Positions 37,081-50,420 are shown, numbered from the stretch's first letter. The stretch is 64,000 nucleotides of DNA from Oikopleura dioica (GCA_907165135.1 OU015567.1:1612001-1676000), one strand, 5' to 3'. Made by a program: numbers and translations. The notes: generated from the sequence alone by a model not told the origin.

Positions 37081-39329
37081 ATGAGGAGTTTGATCGTGTC
37101 GATATTTTCTGCACAGAGAACACTTGCTGCAGGATTTTTAAATTTTAATGTCGAGAAAACTAAAAAGGTACCATTCAAAAATCTTGAATACAAATTACAA
37201 TAGAAGTTTCTTTGAACAACAAAATTTTTGAAGGTCTGCGATTACGACCCCGCCTACCTCTGCGGCGAGAACAACGAATTATGTGGATCCTGGAGCTGTA
37301 ATGGAGACAGTGAAGACTCTACCTGCAATCTCATCTGCGCAGACGGCTCAACAGGCGGCTCTCGCCAATGCTCTTGCCACAAGTCCCACGGTCGCAACAA
37401 AATCTTTACCGGCTGCAAGTGGAGAGAAAGAAGCTCTCCTAGCTTTTGCCAGCCTGTACAAATCGAAGATGAAGAAAATTTTAAAGTAGAAAATGAAGAA
37501 ACTGAAGAGAAAGAAAAAGTTTTCGACGATTTTCTTTCAAAAATTATTATTGAAAAAGAAGCAATGGAAAAATCAACGATAGACGAGGTCTTCTCGGGAG
37601 TCTTTCAAAAATGCGAAGAGCAACTTCCAGGACTGGTTCATTTTTTCGTTGATAAAATTAAGAATTGAATTAAATTTTGAACCAGACCAGGGATGGAAAT
37701 CTGAGCGGCACGGCACGGCACGGCACAGCGGCATGGCACGGCACGGCACGTGCCGTACCGTGCCGTGCCGGAGAGTAAAATCTGGTTGCGGCACCGCGGC
37801 ACAGTATAATTAACCGTTCCTTGATTTGTTAATTTAAGGGGCTTGACGGCCCTTCGGGCCGTTTCAGCCCCGTTCCTTGATTTGTTAATTTAAGGGGCTT
37901 GACGGCCCTTCGGGCCGTTTCAGCCCCGTTCCTTGATTTGTTAATTTAAGGGGCTTGACGGCCCTTCGGGCCGTTTCAGCCCCGTTCCTTGATTTGTTAA
38001 TTTAAGGGGCTTGACGGCCCTTCGGGCCGTTTCAGCCCCGTTCCTTGATTTGTTAATTTAAGGGGCTTGACGGCCCTTCGGGCCGTTTCAGCCCCGTTCC
38101 TTGATTTGTTAATTTAAGGGCTTGACGGCCCTTCGGGCCGTTTCAGCCCCGTTCCTTGATTTGTTAATTTAAGGGGCTTGACGGCCCTTCGGGCCGTTTC
38201 AGCCCCGTTCCTTGATTTGTTAATTTAAGGGGCTTGACGGCCCTTCGGGCCGTTTCAGCCCCGTTCCTTGATTTGTTAATTTAAGGGGCTTGACGGCCCT
38301 TCGGGCCGTTTCAGCCCCGTTCCTTGATTTGTTAATTTAAGGGGCTTGACGGCCCTTCGGGCCGTTTCAGCCCCGTTCCTTGATTTGTTAATTTAAGGGG
38401 CTTGACGGCCCTTCGGGCCGTTTCAGCCCCGTTCCTTGATTTGTTAATTTAAGGGGCTTGACGGCCCTTCGGGCCGTTTCAGCCCCGTTCCTTGATTTGT
38501 TAATTTAAGGGGCTTGACGGCCCTTCGGGCCGTTTCAGCCCCGTTCCTTGATTTGTTAATTTAAGGGGCTTGACGGCCCTTCGGGCCGTTTCAGCCCCGT
38601 TCCTTGATTTGTTAATTTAAGGGGCTTGACATCGGCTGGGAATATTGCTATCAATCTCAGTAACGTCCCCAACCCCACCCTCACCCATTGTTTGAATAAT
38701 TCAAATTATCCAAGATTTTAATTTTATTATGGTTTTCATTTAAAATTTTGAAAATTCTATAAGTACACTAGCAGCTTTAATTTTTTTCATTTATGTAAAT
38801 AAGTTATATGATTCGAATTTGTGCCGTGCCGTGCCGTGGTGCCGCGGCACCCCATTATCGAATTTTGTGCCGTGCCGTGCCGTACCGTGCCGCGGCACGG
38901 GTATTTTGGTTGTGCCGTGCCGTGCCGGTGCCGCTGGAAAATTTTCTCATATTTCCATCCCTGAACCAGACGAAAGAAAACGCGGAAATAAGATGTAGCA
39001 TTCACGGAATTCGCCGAAAATGCGAAGTTACCTGTGGCTCGAAATCTCTCATAAACCGCTGTACCTGCATCGGTTCTTACTGTCAATGGTCGAGAAGATT
39101 TCCCAGCACATGTTCCCCTCCTCGACTAAGCGCAAGAATTGAAGAAAATCTTGAAAGAAGCAAAAGATGGGAAAGTGAAGAAAGATTGAAAGACATCTAC
39201 GGACTGGGCGACTTCAAAACGGTGATCGAAGATGGCGAGATTTATGTTCAACCGTTTGACTTGATTCAAACGATGGACAGGATCATGTACGAAATTGGCC
39301 TCTTCGACTCGAATGATGATTTAGCATGA
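37081..39329 (+). CDS. Secreted protein with two Cys-rich CxxxC..CxC..CxW modules
   Basis: MRSLIVSIFSA start; CNLICADG..CSC..CKW and CEVTCGS..CTC..CQW; exons join in frame across the 37688-38963 element. Confidence 0.7.
37688..38963. mobile_element. hAT-type (Ac/Ds-like termini) MITE of 1276 bp carrying a tandem array
   Basis: TIR CAGGGATGGAAAT; TSD AACCAGAC at 37680-37687 and 38964-38971; subterminal GGCAC/GTGCC pentamers. Confidence 0.92.
37814..38630. repeat. Tandem array of 14 full plus 1 partial 56-bp hairpin-containing units
   Basis: Unit ccgttccttgatttgttaatttaaggggcttgacggcccttcgggccgtttcagcc; only one 1-bp deletion seen (near 38120). Confidence 0.97.
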
Positions 39330-39648
39330 AACTGTAATGGACATTTCTGTACAGTTTATTTTCTGACGACTTATTGATCTCAATAATAAACCCTTTTTTA
39401 AATCAAAGATTCAATAATTAAACTTTATTATCAGAATTCTAAATAACTGTGCATCAATTTACAATTCAAATTTTCAACATTCAGGAAAGCAATATTTTTA
39501 AATGTACAAATGGAATGTCCAAAAGGAATGAAGATTTCAAGCTTGAGCCCAGAATGTGATGAGAACCTATTAGGTGAACTTTCGAGCTTTCGTTAATTTT
39601 GTAGTGTTTATGGCTTTTTGATGTTTTTCGATGTGTTTTGTTCTTTCG

Positions 39649-42590
39649 TCAAACTTGATCTTCTCGTCCAGGGCCGCTTTGGGTTCCAGTTTTATATACC
39701 ACAGCTAAAAATTAAAAAAATTTAAGAAAAAATTTTAATCATTAATTTAAAAAAATTGATCAAAAATTGATTTAATATTTTAATCAAAAAATTTTTGTCA
39801 AAAAATTTTATTTATTTATTAAAAAAATAATTTTAAGTTTTATATATTAATTTTATTCTTATTTGTTAAACTTACTTCTATGACTTTTCGCGCATCTGAA
39901 GAGCAAAATCGACAAGCAGAGTAAAACCGTCAGGGAGACAACGAGGAGAACGACCATCGTTATGCGGCTGGTGCTTATGAGAGTGAGCCAATCTGAAGTC
40001 GAAAAAATTAAAAAATAAAGCAGTCGAAATTGCTGTCCATTCTAATTCAATTGACTCTCGCTGAATAAATAAGAAATAGCTTCAAATCAGAGTCAGAAGA
40101 ATTAGGTTCAAGTGCTGTGCATTAGCCTGGCAATACAGACTTGAATCCATTACTGAATCGAAGTGAATATTTCAAATACAGTAAGAGGCATTTGTTTGCT
40201 CAACTGACATTGATAACTTATTCAAGAGCTATTTCATTCTTTATTCTTTTGAAACCGACTTACTTGTAGAAATATCAAGCAATGTAACACTCGAAACGCG
40301 CCCCAGGCTATTTTCAGCTACGCACTCGATGTTCAGTCCACTGTCAGTGAGCTTCACTTCTTCGGTTGAAATTCTGTTGCCTAAAACAAGAAGAATGATG
40401 CCTTGATAACTTGACCTTTTAATTGTTTCCAGGAGCAAGGAAAACATTCCAAGTGTTTAACCGTTCTACTCGAGTGCCTTTCATGCTCGAATTTTGGAAG
40501 ACAATTTTCTAGAGCTGTAACAGGGACATTCCACTAGCTACCGAACAAGATTTATAACTAAGAATTATATTCTCTTAAAATTTCAACCAAAAATCGAGAA
40601 GCCGCTTGCGGCTTCGAGCTAAAAGAAAGATGAGCCGCGCGTAGCGCGGCTTTTCTGTCATGTTATGCTCGAAGCCGCAAGCGGCTTCTCGATTTTCGGT
40701 AGAAATCTTAGTTCAGAGAAATCTTCCTTCTTTCTTCTCAATAAAAGAAAATATCACCTTTGCTTACCTGTTATTTTCCAGTGTGATGTATCGATGTCCG
40801 TCTTGTTTGGGTTAAACAATCTCCAAGTGTAACTGACTTCCGGAGAGCCGGAAGAAACACACTCGAAAGTCTTTTTATCCGCGCTGGCGGAGGCATCCTC
40901 CATCGAGGGTAAAATTTCACTGATCTTCGGCGAGCTTGGCTCCCACGTGACCTTTATCTCGGGGGAGAATTGACCCGAATGAGGGCCGGAAACAGTTCTA
41001 GAGCGATGGCGGACCAAACATTCGAAACTTGCGCCGGAGAGGGATTTTTCGGCAATGAGCTTAAAATTGATAGTAAAAATTTGAACTTAAATTTGAAATA
41101 CTGTTTTTCTCTAAATCTATGTGTAAATATAAGCAGATAAGTTTTATCCTATAAAGCCCACACAATAAAGACGCACTACTTTTTATCTTATCTACCTCAA
41201 GCGTGTTTATGACAGAAGATAATCCATTTTCAGCAGTAGAAGAGCTCTCCATCACGCCGTCGAAAATATTTCCATCGCGGTCACGCCACTGTATCTCCGC
41301 AGCAGGATGACTGTTTTTGGCAGTACAAGTAGCGATCTTGATTTTTGAGCCTTTTCTCGTTTCGATTTCACCATAATGCTTGAACTCGACTTCAGGAGCA
41401 ACTGAAATCATTTGGTTAATCAGATGATACCCTTAATTCTTGGCTTAGCAAATTATGGTCAAAAACTGAGTCAGGGTCCTAGAAAAGCTCAGATAAAAGC
41501 CGCGTAGCGGCTTTCTCAAAACAAAGCCGCGAAGCGGCTTCGCCAAAATTTCCCTTTTAATCTATTTTCTGTTGTTTAGGTCTACCCTTAAATGTAAGAT
41601 ACCGGATTTTGTTAAATCAAAAATTCACGAAAAAATATATAGAAGGACAACTACTAATAAATAATACAAAATGCAAGTGAATGCAAGTGAAAAAGTTAAT
41701 GTCAGAAATAATGCATGGTTAAACTATGCATTGACGTGTCCTTGTTCGGGCAAACATTCTTTTCTAAAGGGGACAAGAGTAGTTGTAGAACCTTACCGTA
41801 GATGGTGACATATGTTGTTTGTGTTCTGCGCTGCCTATTCGTGCAAATGTAAGTGCCCTTGTCCGACGCAGCTGTGTTATCTTTCCGAAGGCGTAAGCGG
41901 TCCGCAACTCTGAATAAAACAGTCACATTTTGAGCGTCAGAAAACAACGAGTTTGCAAATTAATTCCAGTCCGAAAAAAAATTTTCAAAAAAAAAAACTT
42001 TTTTTCAAAAAAAAAAAAGAATCTGGAAAGAAATTCCGCAGTACTGCCACAATACTGTTCATTCTGAATAAGCACTCAAATAGCAGAAATGAGTGACCAA
42101 ACGGACAAGAAAAGATTTGCATAATGTAGCGCGTGCCCAGTCTCGCTCATTTCGTATGCGCCATCAGTTTACCACCGCCGCGGTCTGTTCTGATGGCCAA
42201 CACTGGATTTTACCTGGCGACGCGGATTTACTTCCTTACTTTTAAAAAAAGCCCTAATTTTGATTTGTCGACACTTTGAAGAAATTTTAGCAATTAATTT
42301 TTATTAAAAAAACTGATTGTTTATTCATTTAATTTCAAAGAAAATGCTTTTCAATAAAGCAAAAGACATGAGCAAATTACCTGTCATCAATATTCCAACC
42401 GGACTCGACATAAAACGGCTCCGGCGTCATTGTGAGCAGCGTCGACTCTCGGCCGCGCTCATCAACGCGCCGAAGGTCGAGATAGACCCCGTCAAAGTCG
42501 CAGCTAATCGACAATTGACCTCCACTGTCCAAGAATACTTCGGCTTCGGTTGCTCCCAGCGCGCAGTTGATCAGAAGAATCAAAACTGAA
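39649..42590 (-). CDS. Type I membrane Ig-superfamily adhesion protein (nectin/CADM-like); first exon not located
   Basis: LSISCDF, DKGTYIC, ATCTAKNSHPAAEIQW, FECVSSGSPEVSYTW, IECVAENSLG, TM MVVLLVVSLTVLLCLSILLF. Confidence 0.8.
40557..40712. mobile_element. Short foldback element with GCCGC-nnn-GCGGC hairpins (truncated copy at 27618-27681)
   Basis: aaaatcgagaagccgcttgcggcttcgagc ... gctcgaagccgcaagcggcttctcgatttt; actaaga/tcttagt ends. Confidence 0.7.
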
Positions 42591-43634
42591 AAATCATAAT
42601 TACTCATAAAAAAGTTTATTTTTATATTAAAATGAAGGTTAATAATTGACAAAAAGTATATATCAATCATTGAATTTTCGAGATTATCACTTAAATTATT
42701 CGAAGAAAAGTGAAAACCCGTTCTGACCTCGGTAAACCCCGGAATCCCGGAATCCATTCTAATGACTCAGAATTAGTGCAAGCTGCCGCATAAATCCCTC
42801 CCTAATCCACCGGCTATCAATTATCAATTTTTCTATTTCGGCTAATCCCAAATGGAATTTCAACTCATTCTTGTAAAGGTTCATGGAAGTTCCTAAGTAT
42901 ATGCAAATTGTCACCGATATGCCAAACAAAAGAGCTTGTCCGTTCTTTTTTTTTTCTCAAAAAAAAGTTCCTTATCTTAAATATTTATTTTTGCGATAAA
43001 TTTTTGCATTATTGAGAAGCCGCTGGTGCAATCTTGGCGAAAAAGAAAGGTGCATAAACTTTCTTTATCGATAAAACAAGGCAAGAAAAAAATAGCCGAA
43101 AAGGCGAAAAAAAAACCCTGAGAAAAAAAATGACTGACCAGGAGCAGCTGCTTCGGACTATCGAAAACTTAATCGCGAGAAATTAGAATTAATGACGCTA
43201 ATTCGCATGAAACTCTGAAAATTTTTCACTTGTCAAGTTTTTTTCGTCTTGAGAAAACTTAATTCATCCCCTTTCTTGACACTTTTTTAGGTAAAAATGA
43301 AAACTTATTGGATAAAAATGTCTAAATTCGTCAATCTTTAACGCCGTTAATGTGCGATAATTACTTTTTGATAAGCTTTTTGACGTAAAGCCGAGCCAAG
43401 AAGTGGCCCAGAAAGAGGTTTTTCTCCAATAATCAATCTTCAATTATATTTTACGTCTTCCCTTTTTTACCTCCCTTGGGTCATTTATTGCGCCAACTCA
43501 CTTTGGCACATGTTTTCTAAATTATTTTTAACTTTTTCTTTGATTTTTTTGCGCTGAAAAATGACCTTCAAATCTGGGCATATTAATTGGACTGTTACTT
43601 TTGCTTTTTCAGAATAATTTATTTTACGAGTAGT

Positions 43635-43860
43635 AAGGCTGAATCAGGGTCTGGAAAAAAACTGAAATGAAAAGCCGCGTAGCGGCTTTTTTAAAAACGA
43701 AGCCGCGAAGCGGCTTCGCCAGAATTTTTGATTGATTAAAATGGTAATATCAGCGAAGCCGTTTTGCGGCTTCGTTTAAAAAAAAAGCCGCTATGCGGCT
43801 TTTCATTGTAGTTCTTTAAAACCCTGACTAAGGCTTTTTACGCAGGTTGCCGAGCCCAGG
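43635..43860. mobile_element. MITE with TCAGGG/CCCTGA inverted ends and GCGTAGC/GCGAAGC mini-hairpins (related copies at 41466-41545 and 44984-45124)
   Basis: tcagggt...aaagccgcgtagcggcttt...aagccgcgaagcggcttcg...accctga; same motif order at 41466; tagaaaacctgagtcagg/cctgactcaggttttcta at about 45003-45102. Confidence 0.7.
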
Positions 43861-46800
43861 CGAGCGCTTGAATCTTCTAGCAGCTTTTTTTCTTCCAAAA
43901 ATCATCTATCTGTTCTTTTTTTCCACTGGAAAAGGTCCAAAAATCACATTCTTGAAAAACAACTTAGGGGAAATGAGTTCGTTCAGAATTCTAGTGCTCG
44001 CCCTTCAGATTCGTCAAATTTGCTTTTGAAATGAGCGACAAAGTATCCAAAAAAAGGAAGGAGGGAACGGAAGATTCATCGCCGCGAAATAATTCAGGCG
44101 CCCTCGAAACTCTGATTCAGAAGTCTCAATTTTTAAAACGAAAAACAAGAAATGTAGACGGAAAATAAAGCAGTAAATAAATTGATATAATTAGCGCGCG
44201 ATTGTGAAAATAAAAAGCGCGATTATCGGCGAAGAATTTAGCACTGCTTTCTCAGCCAATTTTTGAGGGTCCCACTTTGAGATAAAACAAGAAAGCCGCA
44301 AACTTTTGAATTACTGCATAGTTACTGTCAAAAACTATCAAATGAGTTCAGTTTTTATCGCTTCAAATTATTTAAACAGTAGCTCAAAACATTTTTCCTC
44401 GAAAACTTGTCTGCGGCTTTAAATTTTCGGCGCGGCTAGATTGACTCAAAACGCGGCTTTTTGATTTCTTCTCGAAAATGTCTTACTTAATATTTTGGAA
44501 GTTTAAATTAGAAGAAATCTCATCACCAAGCTTTTTTCAAGAAAAGCCGCGCGCGGCTTAAAATTTCCTTTTCTGAATAAGCCGCAGAAAATCCCCTTTT
44601 TTCCTTTAAAAACCTACCTCCAAGTATTTTCATTATTCCAAAATTTTCGTTTATCTTCGATGCAGGGGGTTTCTTCTGATCTCTCTCTTTTTTCTTTGAA
44701 TTTCTTGAATTAATTGGACTGTCAAATCTTCGAAAATCCCGTCGGCAAAAGCAGAAGTCCTCGTCAAGGCGCTCTCGTCCGACGGCAATCTGTTCTCCTT
44801 TCTTTTTCACAACAGCTCTCGCGCGCGCCCTCTTCTTTCCGTATTTTTAACGCAAAAGTGAAAGTAATGATCCCTTTTCTTTTCTGCGATGTTTTCTGAA
44901 ATAAGAATATAAGTGAAGAAACTTCCTGATAAAAAAATTATTTTCATTTATAAATTTTGCCAGGTCACATGACCAAAAGGAACCAGGCCTCGGGAAACTG
45001 CGTAGAAAACCTGAGTCAGGATCTGAAAGATAATTAATGAAAAGTCGCGCCGCCGCTTTTTCGAAAACAAAGCGGCCCTTCTTACCCTGACTCAGGTTTT
45101 CTAAACAGGCTCTCGAGCTTAGGCGGGAAAATGATCAACCAAACTATAATTGAGCTATTTCTTCGAATCAATTTCCTCCAAACAGATTTTCAAAAAGACT
45201 CAGATTATGCGCCTAATTGCGGTCAGAATTTCACTCCTTTGAAGGAGCTGAATTTCAATTTTCGATAATGAGATGGAAACTGAAGAATCTTTGGGTCATT
45301 GTCAGTCAAAGCGGTCAAGCGCTTGAATTTTTAAAAGATTGAGACATTTAAGGACACAAAGAATTCCATTAAAATTAAGTCTTTTTTTTTTTCTTTTTAC
45401 CTTTTTATGTTATTTTTTTCTTAATTTCAATTCTCTTTTGTAAGAAAAAATATTGTTTTGACGAGTTTCGCTTTGCGTCCTTATTATCTCAATGTCAAGA
45501 GCTGCGATACAAGATGCACTGAAGGAAACTTTTTGGAAGAATCAACACCTAAACAAACATCAGTTTTGTTGACAAAACCAGCCACGGTGAAAAAAATTTT
45601 CGTCCAAATTTTCAAAATGAGCGTCTTCAGCTGGACGAGTTTTATTTGCGAGTTTTCCTGATAGGACAGCTTTGGAGCAGATTAAAAACGATTTGTTTTT
45701 CGAAGGAGATTTTTTTTTATCGCAGTTCAACAAAAAATTAAAGCTAAATGGTCAAATTTAATTTGTTCAAGCCACGACTTAAATTTTCAAAAAAGGCTTA
45801 AAAAATTCGAGGGAAATTATAATTTGAATAGTTTTATGCAAATTTTTGGCGTAACCTCTTTTTGGTGTGAAATCACGATTTCTTATCGAGTCCCTTTGAC
45901 CTTAATTAACCACGTGGACGATTTCATTTCCATATTCTGAAAAAATCCTGCCCAGAAAAAGAAATGCCGCAGATCCATTACACTAATTTTATGCTTTCCA
46001 TCTCGACCGTGAAAAAGATCAAAAATTTGATAGATTGGTATATTAAGCAGTTTTAAACAATTTTCTTGATTTTCATCAGTAGTTTTTTAACTCAAAGAAT
46101 TAGGATAATTAGAAAAATCTACTCAGTTCCACATTTACAAAGTCATTTACTTATAGCCTCATTTTTTTAATAATCGAACCATTTAAAAGCAAAATCGAAC
46201 CATTTTCGGAAGATTTTGCCCTATTTTATGATTTATCTGGGTCTTTTATCACAGATAAACTGTTTACACAAGTCAAACAGAAAAAATTAATGAATTTGAT
46301 TCATTTAATCAGGTTTTTTTTGTGAAAAAACAAGTCGAGCTGGAGCTTATATTTCCAGTAACAGCTGGTTTTTTTACGGATTTAGTTGATAAAGATAGAA
46401 TCGAACCAGTTTTTTGGCTATTTTTGATCGCTTATCTTTATTCTGCTACGTACAGAAAGATCGTTTTCCAAGTCGTTTTCAGAATATCGTTTTTTATTTA
46501 TTGCTATTAATTTAATACTCAGTCTGCGATACTTGTGCCTAGGCTGGAAGAGGAGCATATGGTTTGCATGCACCGACGGATTTCTAATTGCTCAATAAAT
46601 CTGCAATCGGAAGTCTTTACCGACACTAACTGTCACATAAATGACATATCATTTCTCACTGCAACTCTGGCTCAACTTATTATTTTGTTCATCGAATGAA
46701 AATATCGACAAGTTATAGTTTCTTCTGGACAAAGTTAAATGTCATCACAAAAGTGGTTCTTTTTGTTTTAGTTCGATCCTATCCTACCGTAAAAATTTCC

Positions 46801-47777
46801 TAATAAAACCCCCCAACAAACAAATTTCCACCAAAGAGAGTAAGAGCACTTTTTTAAAATGAGCCTGAAATTTGTACTTCCTCTAAGGCTTCTATAAGAA
46901 TTCATGTGTCATGATTCATGAGTCTGAAGAGAGAATTTGAATTTCTTCTTATGCCCCGAAAAACAATTCTGTACAATAAATAAATTAATAAGCCTTATCC
47001 CATACAAATGACGATGATCAGCTTGACCATTTGCTAGATGCTTTAAAAATTATAGAACAGAAAATGATTGTTATCCCCGATTACTTATCGGCCGTAACCG
47101 GTCGCTGATATCAATCTTTGTGGTGGTTCAATTTCAGTGGTTTGTTTCCCTTTCTGCATGAAATTTTCGGAATAAAAGCATGGCAGTTGCGACATTCTCA
47201 TCATAAGAAAGAAAAAAAAAGATGAAATGATTCAAAAAGCCCTAAAAGTTCTCGACCTCTGGACGACAGTATGAAGCATTTACTTAAATTTTATAAAATG
47301 ATACTTTGATTAATTCAGACATCCATTCCAAAAGTTCTTCTTAAAAGTTATTGATTTCTGAAAACCCAATGCTTTCAAATATTGTTGATTCTTTCAACGA
47401 GAGCCCTTATTTCATATTTGCTAAAATGCCAAGAAATAAATTTCATAAACAGGCTTCAAATAAGTCGGACATACGATGTCTGTAACTCTTGATTGGGCTA
47501 AGATAATTACGATCTGTAACTTACAGACTGAAGCCGGATATAAGTTTACATATTTTAAGAAGAATTTATGTCCGACTTATTTGAAACCTGTTATATTCAT
47601 TTCCGATTCCTTTGACCTCGAATTCGTTGACTTTTCAGCGGCCAGGTCAGCGTCAAATTATGCGTCCGATTTTTAACGCCTATCATCATCTCCAAAAAAA
47701 TATTTGACTTCTGGAGATCGCTCTTTCATAATTTCAAAAGCCAATTATCAGACAGAGGAAGCCGATTCTCCTGAAAA

Positions 47778-50420
47778 ATGATAAAACATAGATTGTTATT
47801 TTGTCTCTTCTTAAAAATTCTAGCGGCAAGAGAGAAAATCAACGAAGAGCAGCCAAATATCATTTTTGTTTTGGTAGATGACCTGGGCTGGAGTGATGTC
47901 AGGTGACATTTGATTTGGCGCTCGAGAATTTTGATAAATTAATATTGAAAATTCTAGCTGGAATAATAAAAAGATAAAAGCGACCCCGTTTCTTGGGCAG
48001 CTAGAAAAACATTCGGTTACTTTGACAAGTTCTTATTCGACTCACAGGAAATGCTCAAGATTCTAGTCACTAAATTAATTATAATACCGATGAAAAAAGA
48101 GATTTCTTCTCATACAGAGGAAGTCTTCCATCTGGCGGGGTCCTCCGCCGTGCATGAAAAAGCGAAATACGCTCACACGGTATCGCTATTGAAATTTCGA
48201 GCGTAGAAAAGGTGTACTCCAAGTCGAGCGTCTTTATTAACGGGGAAGTACGCCTGGCGATTTGGATTAGGGACTGACCCTATCGATGCGAACACAGCCG
48301 CAGGTACTATTTAAACTGACCCGAAGGAAAATACAACATTCAAATTCAATAGGCCTCGATCTAAAAGAAAAACTTCTGCCAGAAATCCTCAGGGAAAATG
48401 GCTACTCAACTCATCACGTGGGAAAGTGGCATTTAGGCCATTGCAACTCGTCGTATCTTCCTCACAATCGCGGATTCGATACTTTTTACGGCCACACTGG
48501 AGGAGTACTGAATTATTTTCAGCATAATCGAGCGGTGGGAAACTGCAAGTATCTCGATTATTTTGAGAACGACAAGCCTTTGGAAAAGAAGAAGGGGGTT
48601 TACTCGACTTTTGACTTTGGGGATCATGCAAGAAAGTTGTACAATGAGATTGGTGATCCGAAGTTTATTTATTTAGGACAGTTTTTTCAAGATTTTTTTC
48701 ATAAATTTAATTATTTTATCTTCTTAAAAACTCAAAAAGCCCTGAATGCGCCGCATGGACCACTCATGGCGCCGGATTATTTGATCGAAGAAATGAAAAA
48801 GTTGTACCCAGACTCGCCGAGAACTAGACTGACGTATCTTGCAATGGTGAAAGCGATAGATATGGAAATGGAAAAGCTGTTGGGAACAATTTGGATGAAA
48901 AACGAAGAAAGAGATACTATAATAGCAACGGGTTTAAGTCAAGAATAACAATTGATCGAAATCAAGGAAGAAACCCTCTGAAAGTTTTTCAATCTGACAA
49001 TGGCGGGCCTCTGTACATGAATGGGAGACCAAAGGATCTGGACCCTTCAAGATATCGGCAGGCTTGCAACTACCCCTATCTCGGCGAGAAAACGCTCTTG
49101 ACCGAGGGTGGAACGCTTTCTCCGACGATAGGTTAGCCGAGCCTTCTGTATCCTTGACACACTTATATTCAGTTTATTCGGTAAAAAATCGATTCCCGAA
49201 GCGCAATCTTCCTCACTTATTCCACATTTCTGACTGGTTCCCGACTCTTCTTAGCCTCGCTCACGTTCCTGAAGGAAAGATATTTAAATGTCAAATTCAG
49301 AATAGAGCCAAATCAAGACCACATTCTTTGTCACTTTCTAAATATCAAAATCAGCCGAATATGGAAAGCAAAAGAACTTGGACGGAATCAATCAAGTTTC
49401 AATCTTCGGATGGAAGGTAAAAGTTCTAGGAAAGATCTCTGTTGTATCATGAGGAAATCGATGATATAATACATTTTGAATATAAAAATTGGATTAAGAA
49501 AGTAGCCAAACCGCTGCGGACGAAAATGGTCTATGGCCTGACAAATCATTTCACGGTAGAAAACGGCTGGGACGTAAAATTCGTCGCAAGAGTTGGAGAA
49601 ATGAAATATTACAGTTACAAAATCGAGGTAAAACCGTTCGTACGCTTCTTGGCGAAATGAGTTTTGAAGGCACCGGTGCTGAAATGTCCAGAAGGATTCA
49701 GCAACGACAAGTTTCTGCGGCTTCTGCGAGACGACTTGGGAAATGACAATATCGTGGAGATGATGGGTCGAGTCCGAAACGCAAGTAACACGATTCTTGG
49801 GAGCAGAGTCAAAAGAGACCATAAAGGATATTCTCTTTTCAACTTGACGGCTGATCCTTTTGGTAAGACAGGTTGCCGAGACGAGCTTTTCATCAATAAA
49901 ATTCAGAGCAAAATGATCTGGCAAAAGGCGAAGCCTACCTCAAATCGGTCAACGCTCATCTCGTCGAAAAATACGGCGAAGGCATCGGTAAAAAGACAAT
50001 CAAGGTCGAAAACCGCCTCGGCTGGAAACTTCCGATAACAGGGCCAAAGCACAATTTCTGGAACCGGATCTACAGTTTCATCACTCCGCAAAGAACGAAA
50101 AAGTTTCTCGCAAAATCAGGACGAATTAACGGAAAATTGGTTGGGCTGGACTTTTGTGAAAGTAAAAAGGATGAAGAACTGATGCTTGAAATTTTAAATC
50201 CGGTACAGGTAGGGTAGAAGCTTTTTTATACAGTAAAAATTGGTGATAGAATGAATCATTTAAAACAACAAAAGTTAAAAAAAATTCAGATAAAAACTTC
50301 GAAAAGAAAGAAAAAGACGCAACACATCCTCACCAAACTCATAACAAACCAATTTCCCTCACTCGCCGTAAGTCTCGATTCATGAAAAATTCTTTCATGA
50401 AAGATGAAGCTTTAAAATTG
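47778..50420 (+). CDS. Arylsulfatase (ARSB/I/J-like)
   Basis: PNIIFVLVDDLGW, CTPSRASLLTG (formylglycine motif), GYSTHHVGKWHLG, RGFDTFYG, SDNGG, HISDWFPTL, LFNLTADP. Confidence 0.93.

Noticed and set aside
37814-38630. CRISPR-like array (palindromic repeats)
   Set aside because: Inter-hairpin segments are identical rather than unique spacers; eukaryotic context, no cas genes.
37814-38630. Hammerhead ribozyme in the repeat unit (minus strand GAAAC-stem-GTC)
   Set aside because: The stem III-like part is present but the CUGANGA core and stem II are absent.
38808-38963. CRAVP peptide repeats in ORFs 38808-39329 and 37573-37794
   Set aside because: Translation of GTGCC subterminal MITE repeats.
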